A stretch of 64,000 nt of DNA from the NCBI GenBank assembly GCA_964016885.1, contig OZ024743.1:352160001-352224000 (forward strand). The letters are read 5' to 3'. The notes beneath the pieces were generated by a model, which made no database searches, was not told the origin of the DNA, and was given only the letters and a program-made list of their open reading frames with translations. Every line of letters begins with the position of its first letter. Within the stretch, counting starts at the first letter, position 1. Positions 17,113 to 30,009 of this stretch are shown piece after piece. A program made the position numbers and the translations under genes. This DNA is from Eledone cirrhosa. Taxonomy: Eukaryota.

Positions 17113-18583
17113 TTTCTGGCAATATTATATAACAATATGACACTCCAAATATAACAATGTATATCTGTTAGAACACGAAAAGTGTGAAACAACAGAATGT
17201 TCACTTTTCGTGTTCTAACATATATGCCTAGCTTCTTTAAAAATTTTTCGGGGATAGCCGTGGTGGTGGTGATCGTATGTCATTGGCTAATTTTCAACCA
17301 ATCAGAGTACCTCTCTCTATATCTCTTCCACTGTTACTTACGCCTGTTTCTCTCTATCTGTTCCGTCTCTATATATATCTCTTACTCTTTCGCTTTGCAC
17401 TCCTCCCCTTCAATACCATCTCTCCCCCTCTCTATATATTTGTTACTCTATCGCTGCACGCTCCTCTCCTTCAATATATCAATTACACACGCTTTACACT
17501 CCTTTATCCCCAGCGCCCCTATATATACACCCCCCCTCTCCCGCATCTATATTTTAATGTACCGTTGCACCGTGAATATATGTGTCTATATATATATACA
17601 TATATATTGTATATACACATTCATGTATGTGTATACACACTCATGTATGTATATACACTGGTTTTATGTGTGTATTGTAAATTTGTACTGTTAAAACACG
17701 AAACTAACATTCGATTGACACTTTGATTACCTGTACAGGCAATAGTTATTAGAATGCTGTTGAAGTGTGTATATATTTTGGGGGGACATCCTGTATATAC
17801 ACACATTATATATAATACAATAAACAGATAAATACACACATATATATATATGAGCTTATTTAATTATAAATATTGTGAATTTTTAACTCAGTTCAATTAT
17901 ATATATAAATGGCTTCTACAGGACTAGAACTGTTTCATTCGAAAGAAATCATCATAATATTGAGAGGGGGGACTAGATAAAATATTTCAAATCAAATGTG
18001 TATAAGTTATAAGTTAAAATGTATAAATAGAGACGATAGTGGAGGTATATCTGTTTAGTGGAACAGTAGACGATAGAATTAAATACAGACGAGAATCTCC
18101 CTTTAATGAAACAGCAGACGATAGAATTAAGGCAATTTAAATTTTAAGCATTTGCATTTTTGCCTTTCATCGTTACGGGGTCGATAAAATAAAGTACCAG
18201 TAATACACTGTCACTAGACGACTTTCAAATTGAATTGTTGGTTCCATTTCTTTAGTATTTTCAATTGTAGTTATCTACTTAAAAAGCGTTACACGGTTAG
18301 AGACATAATTCGTAAGTTATATCTTCCCTATTAAACCATTGCATTATTTCGCCTACAATAGAACAAAAATGAAATGTTCTTTAAAGAAACAGGAATATAA
18401 CTTTATAAAAAAAAAAGTTGCATCCGCTTCTTTTATCATTGATAATTTTTTCGTTTTAATATTAATTGTTTTTTGTAGTTGTTTATATTAAAAATCTTAC
18501 TGTAATATTTACTTAAACGAAGGCAAACATCTAAACTTATAGATTAATCTTGAGCGAAGGACTAGATAAATCTCTCTCTCTCC

Positions 18584-18622
<39 letters not shown>

Positions 18623-19004
18623 AACGAAGAATGATAAAATTTCAAGCAAAGAGTTTAATTAGGTATATTTTGTAATATTATTAACTAATTATTATAATTA
18701 ACGCGCATATTTTGCTATCCTCAAACACGTTTACACATGGCATGAAATATAACTAATCCGAGATGGCTAGGTTTCATCTTCTAACTGGATATACGAAATC
18801 CATTATGTCTTGACAACAACATGAGGTAACATTATGTTATTCACAGACACACTTTGTACACTGTTCCATATCAGAATGTATTTCCTTCGTCACATTCACA
18901 AACAGTATTGAAAATATGTTCTTCGGCAAATAAAAATGTTTTGTTCATAATATTTCAACTAGCGATTGCTCTACTCCACGCACGACCACCATAAATTAAT
19001 GACC

Positions 19005-19190
19005 AGCTCAACACAAGTATTGGTAGAGCGTCAGACACCATGCTTTGCAGTATTGTTATGGTCCTTTGCATTCTAAGTTCAAATCCTGCCGAGGTTAACT
19101 TCGACTTTCATACTTACTAATTCGATAAAATAAAGTACCAGTAATGGACTGCCGTAATGGATTTGTGCCGAAAAATAGAAACACTATTAA
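19005..19190 (+). mobile_element. Diverged tRNA-SINE copy (a partial copy lies at ~18160-18210)
   Basis: AAGTTCAAATCC B box and the CGATAAAATAAAGTACCAG core. Confidence 0.75.
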
Positions 19191-19742
19191 TGTACAATAA
19201 GAGCAAAATATAACGACATTGCTCAATTATTTTATCTAATGTTGTAATAACACAAGGAAATGTTGTTTGTGTATTTTTTTTTATATTTGCTCATAGGCTT
19301 TTACAATTTCGCTCAGCCAACAACTATTAAAAAGTGAGTTGCTTAAGATAACAATTTAATCACAAATTGTTGCTATCTTTTAATACACTCCAACAAGTCA
19401 TCAAATTATGTACAATAAAAACAAATCTTATTAATTTGCTCAGGGAATATAAAGAAAATGTATATACACTGATAATTGCAATTGTATGTAAATATTTTGT
19501 TTTTGTATTGTATATTTTATGTTTTCTATTATGTATAATATATTGATTTAATATTGATTGTTTTTTTGTAGTTGTTTATATTAAAAGTCTGAAAATATTT
19601 TTATACATCTTACACTAATATTTATAAGATAATTTATAATAACAATTACATAATCTAATTACATTACAACGATAATTTATTATTAATATATATATCCTGT
19701 TTAACTAGAGTTATTACAAGCGTTGCCTTAAAAAAATATTAA

Positions 19743-20699
19743 ACTAGACATGAAAAATGCGCAAGCTCAAAAGTGCCACAGAATGTTATAATAAACCTTC
19801 AAAAGTGTGGGACTAGAGTTGTTGCTAAAAAATATTGTAATCATTATATATCGTACATTCTGTGGCATCCTTTATAAAAATAGCTTAAACCAACGAAGCC
19901 TTTATTTTTACGCTATTTCACTTAGTTAATTCTTAGAGTGTAACATATAAAAATAAATACATCTATGTTTAATGTAATAACAGCTATAAATAATTACGTA
20001 ATATTATTATCATATACTCATAGTAACAAAATAATTGTGTTGAAACTTAATATGATGCTTATATGAACGATCAAATCTATAATGATAATTTCTTAAATAT
20101 ACTAATAGTAAAATAATTTAGTTATCTATTGTTACATTTTCATAGAACTATAATATTAACAATCGTATTGCATTATCAAATTTTTATCACTACAAACTTT
20201 CATATTGGAATTACCTTAAGCCACTTATTATTACTTCGCTTTCGTACTTTTACAGCTGTAGATATTGCGCTGTATCTTATATCTAATATCAATATCTCGT
20301 GGTAATTTGCATGAAGTGTAAAATAGGTTTATTAATAACTTTAATATGAAATGTATTATACAGGGCTGCGGAGTCGGCCAAAAATTGACTGGCTCCAACT
20401 CAGGATCCGATACTCCATTATTTCCTAAATTTCAGCTCCGCAGCTCTGTTATTATATTAATTAATTTATTTTATAGTTGTAAATCATATTTTTATATGTT
20501 ACACTCTAAGAATTAACTAAGTGAAATAGCGTAAAAATAAAGGCTTCGTTGGTTTAAGCTATTTTTATAAAGGATGCCACAGAATGTACGATATATAATG
20601 ATTACAATATTTTTTAGCAACAACTCTAGTCCCACACTTTTGAAGGTTTATTATAACATTCTGTGGCACTTTTGAGCTTGCGCATTTTTCATGTCTAGT
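19743..20699. mobile_element. Non-autonomous foldback/MITE with ~213-bp near-perfect terminal inverted repeats
   Basis: 19743-19955 is the reverse complement of ~20487-20699 (ACTAGACATGAAAAATGCGC...). Confidence 0.85.
20361..20448. mobile_element. Tiny hAT-type MITE nested in the foldback element
   Basis: TIRs CAGGGCTGCGGAG / CTCCGCAGCTCTG with 8-bp flanks GTATTATA / TTATTATA. Confidence 0.7.
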
Positions 20700-20867
20700 A
20701 TATATATGTGTGTATATATTGACAGAACTATAGGGACATATTAATTTGTCCATTTTTTCTTTCAGACACATACACATACACAGACACACATTGGACACAA
20801 CCATCCACAACCATCTGATGGTTGTGTATGGTTGTGTTTAGAAACATTTTGATGACACCCCCATTAG

Positions 20868-20901
<34 letters not shown>

Positions 20902-21276
20902 GTGCATACCCCCCCCCCCCTCTCTTGCTGCCATACCAATTCATCGCATCAATAGAAGTTTAGTAAATACATTTTTAATAATACTTTTGCAAGCAAACAC
21001 GTATACACATCATACCTTTATAATCAAAAATATATAATAATTATTTAAAATAACATAACAGGGGTCGACGTCCTGTTCAATAGGCCGTCCTCGTCAGAGT
21101 ATTTCTCATTTAAAAAAATATAATTTAATATGTAACTATCAAGCAATGACCATGCTGTGAATTATGTTTCAGAGCCATTCAATTATCATATTTACAGGTG
21201 AGACAGGTTTTCTTTGTCACACACACACGCATATATATACACACACACCTTCCCACCCGGCCCACACCCCACCTCT

Positions 21277-22516
21277 TCACCTTAGACATTAAATCCCTCT
21301 AAACAGTCATTCCCTACGCCGACAGCCTACGCGCCCTCCGGCACTACCTCGACCTTCGTCCGTCCCCCCCCCCCCGTCCCCTCGACCCCACCTCCTCTGC
21401 CTCGTCTTTCTGTCTTCCTTCAGTTGCAACGTTTTTCGAAATATTTACTCCTGCGTTCACAGATTGATTCTTTTAGTTTCAGATCCCGTTATGGGTGAAA
21501 GCAGCGATTCTTTGCTTAAACTTTAATCTGTTATTTTAATAAATATTTGCTCTACAGTACTTATATATTTGATATATATTTATCCTTATCGAGCCCTCTT
21601 TGGATTTTAGTCTTCAAATTTATTATTATTACTATATATATAATATTTCCAAATTGAAGGATGAGTATTTAAAACTTTATTTTATCATGAGTTAAGGCTC
21701 TATTGATTTTTCCCTGGATTTCACTAAATTCTGTTGGATGAATCTATATCCTGATTCTTTTTGAATTGAGTTTGAATTATTTTTCCCGCATCTTACGTTA
21801 ACTATTTTCCCATTTTGACGCTATAGTCACTTATATATTATGAAATACTGTGTGCTCCTTGCTCATAATAATTTCTATACTTTTCATTTATATTTATACT
21901 CGGATTTCTTTCCTAGAGTGCTTAAATTATTTGTGACTAATCCTGGTCTTTTTTTTAAAAAACCGCGATAATATTGCTTTTTCTGAACTCCTTATTGTAG
22001 AGTTTTTTTCGGAATGTTTGTGACTGTTATTTCATGTAAACAAACATATGTCTCATTCTGACGTCACCAGCCCTGTCTCCACATGTGCGTTTTATTTTCA
22101 TAATTACGCATGATGTTGAACTAGCCTGCTTTTAAATTCCCTTTCTGGCATATTATAATCAGTGAGATTTTGGTTATCGTGTTGAGCTCTGCTGATGATC
22201 TAATCCAACCGTGACCATCACCACTGAAAGTTTCGTGAAATAGTCTTTTCAAGACTATACAGAGCATTTGTAGTTTTTCCAAATTGAAGGATGAATATTT
22301 TAAACTTTATTTTATCATGAGTTAAGGCTCTATTGATTTTTTCCCTGGATTTCACTAAATTCTGTTAGATGAATCTATATCCTGATTCTTTTTGAATTGA
22401 GTTTGAATTATTTTTCCCACATCTTACGTTAACTATTTTCCCATTTTGACGCTATAGTCACTTATATATTATGAAATACTGTGTGCTTCTTGCTCATATT
22501 AATTTCTATACTTTCC

Positions 22517-22521
<5 letters not shown>
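21277..22521 (+). mobile_element. Penelope RT fragment followed by a terminally redundant pLTR-like unit (~245-bp direct repeats ~630 bp apart)
   Basis: ~21277-21365 translates as FTLDIKSL*TVIPYADSLRALRHYLDLRP, similar to PLE RT motif A. Direct repeats lie at ~21646-21893 and ~22275-22521, with an HHR between them. Confidence 0.7.
22186..22265 (+). ncRNA. Type I hammerhead ribozyme with a full stem III
   Basis: GCTCTG-CTGATGA-(38 nt, poorly paired)-GAAA-TAGTCTT TTC AAGACTA-TA-CAGAGC. Confidence 0.75.
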
Positions 22522-22587
<66 letters not shown>

Positions 22588-24670
22588 TTATATCGTGATG
22601 ACTGTCTTCTTCTTTCCACTAATCTTAGCCTATCAGCAATTGAAAAAAATAAAAAACTTATTAGAACTTTCCTCAAAGACTATTACAATCTCACTATTAC
22701 ATTTGAAAACACCAGTAAAATAGTCAATTTCCTAGATATAACTTTAGACTTGTCTACGGGAATCTACCAACCTTACCATAAACCTGACCAAAATTTACAT
22801 TACATACACTCACAATCCAGTCACCCTAGATCTATCCTTAAAAACCTAGCATATAATATCTCACTCAGAATCTTTAACCTTTCATCTTAAACAAATTAGT
22901 CTATATACCTTGCACCAATAATACTTCAAACATACAACCCAATATTACCAACAAACACCAAATGAAAAACCCACACCTAAATGCTACTCATACTACACCC
23001 AAAAATACCAACCTAAAACTTAATTTCTCTACCTCTTCTCACATAAAATATAATGACTTTCAAAAAACCATTCATCCTAATAATACTCCAATATATGTTA
23101 ACAACATTACTAACAAAATTCCTAATAATCAGACTAAAACACCTAAATCAGTCAATCTAACTAAACCTATATATAATAAATTCACTAATAGTAACTCTCT
23201 TAGTAAACATCCTGATACATCGTATAAATATTTTTAAAAAATATCGAAACCGTAATAGACGGGTTACTTGGTATAATGCTCCATTTAATCTACGAATTAA
23301 AGATAATATCCTTAAAAAGTTTTTTACTATCCTAGAGAAAAACTTCCCGCCAAACCATAAATACCATCAAATTTTAAATAGATCAACTGCCAAATTTTCA
23401 TACTCCACTACCAAAAATATACAACAAAATATAAGTGCGTACAACACATATAAATGTTAAAAAAAATCAAATATACCACCAACACATCAAACCAACCATA
23501 ATACTAAAATAAACCGCAACAAACCACCATCTCCTTCACCTGTAACAAGTCGAGTAACTCCCCTGATATAATATTCACGAGTGGTTGTAACTGTAGAATC
23601 AAAAGAAATTGCCCATTAAAAGGAAATTGTCTTATTAATAACATAGTCTATAAATGTAAAATTAGCACTAAGGACTCCACTTATTCATATATAGGAGCTA
23701 TGTCTAACCAATTTAAAGTAACATAGTTTTAAAAATGCTGCATTAGCTAATACAACATCCTTGGCTGAAACAATTAATAATTATAGAAAGAAGAATATCG
23801 ATTACAACCTGACCTGGAGTGTGCTCAAAAGGGCCACCCCTTATCAAAATAACAGATACGAGTGTAGACTATGCTCCCAGGAACTTTTTGAAATCATGAA
23901 CTCTAAGGATATCCTATTAAATAAGCGACAGGAATTAATTATATCTTGTAATCATAGAATTAGAAGAACCTTCAAATATTATAAACCTAATTAATATACA
24001 CCTTACACTTATATTTTAAATATTATTATAATTAGTTTTTTAATTTAGTTAACCTATAATTAGTACTTTACTACAGAGAACTTCATAATTTTATTTCCCT
24101 CTTACAGCTCTCTTTTCCGAAAAATTATTACCTAAAAGTATACCTATAAATTAATTTAATTTGCTGTTATGAATCTAGATTCCTTGTAGTTTATATAAGA
24201 TTGGTATTTCTCACTACTACCCCTATCCCTATAACATCAAATTTTCGTGTACCTTTCACTGGCTTGATCTCTTTTCATCCCCAAAGTATTCTTTACATTC
24301 AAAGTATTCTTTTCATTCAAAACATAAGTCTGCACTCCTCTACCCCTAAATTAAATTTCTACTACTACTATTCTATCAACTTGACCTCTAACTACTTTTC
24401 TATTGGTCAATTCAAAACCTGTTCCCAAGCAGACCTTTTATATTAAATCTTTGTTGGTTTTTGTTTCAATAAACAAATTTCATCATTTCTGAAGACAGCA
24501 TATATATGTGAAGGTATGTATATTTCCTCTGATAGTTTGTAATATTTTTACATAGATCTATATGATATACATACCAACACACATATACATCCTAGAAACG
24601 ATCGTAAAATGATGAATTTTTTAATATAAGGAACTTGTTCTTTGTTTTTATTTCATTGCTTTTATTAATT
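22588..24670 (+). mobile_element. Decayed Penelope-like element with 3' pLTR
   Basis: Remnants LYRDDCL, VNFLDITLDL...YQPYHKP, WYNAPF, CNCRIKRNCPLKGNCL and CRLCSQE...LNKRQELIISCNHR. Confidence 0.85.
24479..24616 (+). ncRNA. Type I hammerhead ribozyme with an extended (~100 nt) stem II
   Basis: TTCATCATTT-CTGAAGA-long hairpin (GGTATGTATAT/ATATACATACC)-GAAA-CGATCG-TA-AAATGATGAA. Confidence 0.8.
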
Positions 24671-24766
24671 TATATATATATATATATATAGTTATGTAAT
24701 ATCCACACATGCACACACGCACATATACATACACATACACATACACATATACACACACATACACAT

Positions 24767-24875
<109 letters not shown>

Positions 24876-24931
24876 CATACATACACACATACATACACAT
24901 ACAAATACACATACACACAAATACACAAACG

Positions 24932-24995
<64 letters not shown>

Positions 24996-25394
24996 TGTAA
25001 TAAACAACATAAGGCAATTATTTCATTTACCAGTGGTTTCTTGAAAGCAAACAAATTTTGCTTTCAATTATCAGAATGAAAAAATCCTGGTGTATTTATT
25101 GACATTAGATTTTAAAAACAAATATATAATCTATATGAAAGTGAGGCTGGAAAAGGAAGAAGGAAAGGAAAAATAAACACACATGCACACACACACGCAA
25201 TTACATACACACACATATATACATACACATATATATACATACATATATATATATATGCATACATACACATATACATACACGTACAAATACACATACATAT
25301 ACATATACATACATACACACACACATATATATCAACATATCTATACATAGATACACACAAATACACAAGCACAGACACATGTATATATTTCTCT

Positions 25395-25560
25395 CTAAGG
25401 CGGGTAAAATTCCCGAGATCCATGGACGAGTTCTCTTCAGCGGTCTCTGTCCATCATTATCGCTGTCATGTCCTGCGTCTCCAACAGACCAGTGTCTGTC
25501 CTTAGGGCATCAACATACGTTAACCTTGGTCTTCCTCTTCTAGTGTGTCCATGTAGGGGC
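25395..25560 (-). mobile_element. 3' end fragment of an RTE-type LINE
   Basis: HGHTRRGRPRLTYVDALRTDTGL...AIMMDRDR resembles the RTE C-terminus. Confidence 0.65.
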
Positions 25561-25577
25561 ATATATATATATATATG

Positions 25578-26092
25578 TGTAGAAGTTATATTTAACTTGT
25601 TGGGATACAACAAGCAACAAATTATTGGAGTAAAAATACAATATATTAACAAATGGAAACTATATTTATAAAACCATATCTATTTCATTATACATATTTC
25701 AGGGATATCATATTAACAATATGTTATGCCTTCCTCAGACAAAATACAATATAGACAGTTTTATAGATAAATACATTTGACATACCGTTCAACATCGACT
25801 TGTATTTGAAAAAGTTGATTTAGCAGATCAACTTTTTCAAATACAAGTCGATGTTGAACGGTATGTCAAATCTATTTATCTATAAAACTGTCTATATTGT
25901 ATTTTGTCTGAGGAAGGCATAACATATTGTTAATATGATATCCCTAAAATATGTATAATGAAATAAATATGGTTTTATAAATATAGTTTCCATTTATTTA
26001 ATATCGTAAATATACTCCAAATACTTGTTGAGTGCTTTTATATCAGTTATAAATATTTACTAGTTGTAACCCAACAATTTAAATATAACTTT

Positions 26093-26095
<3 letters not shown>
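25578..26095. mobile_element. Foldback (head-to-head) pair of pLTRs, centre ~25823
   Basis: The inner arms are near-perfect inverted repeats. It belongs to the same family as 7409-7650. Confidence 0.85.
25681..25746 (-). ncRNA. Type I hammerhead ribozyme (the mirror copy at 25900-25965 has GAAA->AAAA)
   Basis: Minus strand reads TATTTTGT-CTGAGGA-AGGCATAACATATT..AATATGATATCCCT-GAAA-TATGTA-TA-ATGAAATA. Confidence 0.78.
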
Positions 26096-26157
<62 letters not shown>

Positions 26158-26355
26158 GATAAATCTACCAAGAGTTTACGGTAGTGTCCAATCCGTATGA
26201 AGAACTCAATGTAATCCGGATATCATGGAAAGAAGAGATGCAATGAAAAATCACTTTCGGTGAAAGATAAACGGAATACAGAGTCAAGATAAAATATTAA
26301 AAAAATAATGAATAAAACAATGAAACAGTTCCTTATATTAAACAAAAAAAGTTCA

Positions 26356-26501
26356 TTATTTAACGATCGTTTCTGGGATATATATGTGTTAGAATTGGCA
26401 TGTATATTTAACAGATCTATGTACAAAATTATACAAAATTATACAAACTATCAAAATTAAATATACATACCAACTCATATATATGCCGTCTTCAGAAATA
26501 A
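26356..26501 (-). ncRNA. Type I hammerhead ribozyme with long stem II (left arm)
   Basis: Mirror image of 26515-26662; the core is intact. Confidence 0.75.
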
Positions 26502-26514
26502 AATTATAATAATG

Positions 26515-26662
26515 ATTATTTCTGAAGACGGCATATATATGAGTTGGTATGTATATTTAATTTTGATAGTTTGTATAATTTTGTATAATTTTGTACATAG
26601 ATCTGTTAAATATACATGCCAATTCTAACACATATATATCCCAGAAACGATCGTTAAATAAT
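26515..26662 (+). ncRNA. Type I hammerhead ribozyme with long stem II (right arm)
   Basis: ATTATTT-CTGAAGA-..GAGTTGGTATGTATATTTAA..TTAAATATACATGCCAATTC..-GAAA-CGATCG-TT-AAATAAT. Confidence 0.8.
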
Positions 26663-26719
26663 GAACTTTTTTTGTTTAATATAAGGAACTGTTTCATTGT
26701 TTTATTCATTATTTTTTTA

Positions 26720-26789
<70 letters not shown>

Positions 26790-26792
26790 CAT

Positions 26793-26947
26793 AATTGTAT
26801 CTACTTTAGGCACAAGGCCAGCAATTAACCAGTGCATTACAGGTACTTTATTTTATCGACCCCGTAAGGATGAAAGGCAAAGTCAACCTCGGAGGGATTT
26901 GAACTCAGATCGTAAAGGGACGTAACTATGCTGCCAATCCACCGCCC
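26793..26947 (-). mobile_element. tRNA-derived SINE (internally deleted)
   Basis: Reverse complement of the SINE at 16919. Confidence 0.85.
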
Positions 26948-27309
26948 TATATATACATACACATAATCATACATATATACACACGTACATACACACATAT
27001 ACATACACACATATATACACGCATACATATGCATACACAAATATAGATATATGTACACACACCTACATACGCACACACACAATTAATTATAAGAAAAAAT
27101 ATGATAATAAAAATATCGTCACATAAGAATAAAAATAAATGTAAAAATTATTATAAAGTTGACAGCGATACAGGCAACAAATAAATGAACAAACACACGT
27201 GGTAAGCAATACACACAATTGCACATACACATACATACATAAAAATAAATACATACACACACACAAACATACATATGCATATATACATACATACACATAT
27301 ACATACACG

Positions 27310-27359
<50 letters not shown>

Positions 27360-27455
27360 TACATATACACACACACATACATATAAATACATACACACAC
27401 ATGTATGTGTTTAAAACTCATTCTTAGATGTATTCATTGAATCTTGTTTAACTCT

Positions 27456-27542
<87 letters not shown>

Positions 27543-28880
27543 ATATATACATATAAATGTATATATATATACATATACACACACACATATATATATAAGA
27601 AAATACATAAATATTATCTAATATATATTTGTGAAATGGGCGGTGGCTGAAATTCAAATGTGCACGGTTAAATGGTAGTAGACGTGGTCGGACGGACGTG
27701 AAAATTTACACACCTATATAAAAAGTACCAAGGAAGCAAATAGACGAGGTGTCAAATCTCTAACTTGAAAAATGTGGTCCCTGGGGTCCCAAAACTATCG
27801 CGTTCGGTGAGTTATTTCCCCCTGTTCTAATACTTTTGTCTAAAAAAACATATCAAAGACAACGTTATTTCGCTGTTAATAAACTTTTGGCTACTACAGT
27901 ACGTTTCATTTTCATTTTTAAAATACAATTGCTCTATATTAAATTTAAATAATTCTATAACGATCATACAGTACTGTTTTATGAAATCGATTCTGCAGTA
28001 GAATTTTACGAAATGCCAAATCGAAAAAGTAACTGTTTTCTAACAAAAGAAATAAAACCCATACATTGCGAACCCTCTGTTCTAATACTGGGGTTAGTTA
28101 TTTCCCCCTCTTCTAATAAATATCTAATGCTGACCAGGGCAATCAAAGTGTAAACTATCATACAGTACCGTTTTATGAAATCAATTCTGCAGTACCATTT
28201 TACGAAATGCCAAACCGAAAACAGTCACTGTTTTCCATCAAAAGAAATAAAACCCTTAAATTGCGAAGAAGGGAGTCATGTTCTCAAGTACGTTTTTTCA
28301 GATATCATTTTCATTTTATTTCTAATATATGTTAACCACAACTAACAGTAACTAGTATTTTTCAATTCATTGTCTTATTTAAAATAACATATCAAAGACC
28401 ACGTTATTTCGCTGTTAATAAACTTTTGGCTACTACAAGCTTCCATGGTTACGGAGAAAATCGATGAAACAGGAATTTCCCATTCAAATTGAACTGAGAG
28501 TAATCTGTGAACGCAGAAGTAAATATTTCGAGAAACGTTGCAACCAAACGAAAACAGGAAGACGATATTTTGGTTCGTGAAGACGTTCCCTGGCAAGGAA
28601 CGGGAAAAAAGCGAGGATAATACATCGTTATGTGGAGCGTGAAGAACAATTTCATACAAAGACAAGTTTATGGTATAAATGGAGTCGTTAGGCTAATATT
28701 CTATTTAAAATAACAGAATGGTTTCCAGCCCCGGATTTTAAGAATGATGTAAATAAAATTGAAAACGAAAATGACAGAGGTTATTAAAATAGTAAAAGTA
28801 AATAGTGAAGATTTAGGCCAGTACATACGTATGCCCCGACGAATATACACATACATACGCACACACAAATACACACACAC

Positions 28881-28911
<31 letters not shown>

Positions 28912-28929
28912 CACGAACGCACGCGCGTA

Positions 28930-29390
28930 TGTATAAACCTTATACATTTCTACAGTATTTTCACCAAACTTAAGACATAGGTTACTTATGTACTCCGGAT
29001 GGTCATGGGCACTGTCATTTTTCCAGATATTGATTATAGCCCCCAACCCCCCCCCCCCCTCCCCGGCAGATAACCCCTTTAACCACTTTAACCACTTCCT
29101 TGGAGTCGACTGAAGCACTGCAGTGCAATGCAACAAAACGTCATAACTTCTGGAGTTCGCAACCGATTTTCACAAAACTTGACACATGGGCTACGTTTGT
29201 CTTACAGATGAATGTGAACTCTCAGAATTAGCACATATTGGGTAGGGGAACCCTGGGGGCAGGAAGCCCCTTTTGGAAAAAGCGGATGATTTTGTAAAAG
29301 TATAGTTTTCGAAGCAGCACTGTAGTATTGACATAAATGGTATACACAACTGCTATTTAATATCCGAGCAACGCCGGGTACCTCTGCTAG
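28930..29390 (+). mobile_element. Non-autonomous Helitron (3' end clear, 5' end approximate)
   Basis: The terminus CCGAGCAACGCCGGGTACCTCTGCTAG|T closely matches the Helitron end at 13043. Confidence 0.7.
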
Positions 29391-29873
29391 TATATATATA
29401 AAAATAAAAAGGTAAAAGGGGTAAACAAATAGTTGGGAATACGACAAATAATAAATAGATAAATAATTAGAAAAGGGTATAAATGTTTATAGCTGATTTA
29501 GAGCATTCAACAAGTTCCTGGAGCAAATGATCAATGAAAATAAGCAGTAAATCATTGTATGTAATTATGCATATACATACACATACACATATACATATAT
29601 ATATACACACACACACAACCATACAAATACACATATATATACATACATATACATATACATATATATATATATATATATAGGAAAAAGTATGACCCCGACG
29701 GCAGAGCTCAAGCCGTTTCTGAGGCTATTATATATATATACACACATAAACAATTATATAAAAATACACATATACACACACCCACCACATATCTACAAAA
29801 ATTATATATATATATACGTATATATATATATATATACGTATATATATATATATATACGTATATATATATATAC

Positions 29874-29970
<97 letters not shown>

Positions 29971-29977
29971 CGTATAC

Positions 29978-30008
<31 letters not shown>

Positions 30009-30009
30009 T

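Larger units (their letters stand above)
26290..26728. mobile_element. Foldback pair of pLTRs (family of 24479-24670), centre ~26508
   Basis: The arms are ~210-bp near-perfect inverted repeats, seen as mirror ORFs 26223-26426(-) and 26591-26794(+). Confidence 0.85.

Noticed and set aside
21172-21197. Possible micro-exon (TTTCAG...CAG|GTGAGA)
   Set aside because: It has splice-like signals only, with no recognisable coding context, and cannot be supported without transcripts.
27620-28700. Internally repetitive segment, possibly a DNA transposon remnant
   Set aside because: Internal duplications are visible, but I could not define termini or a convincing transposase motif.
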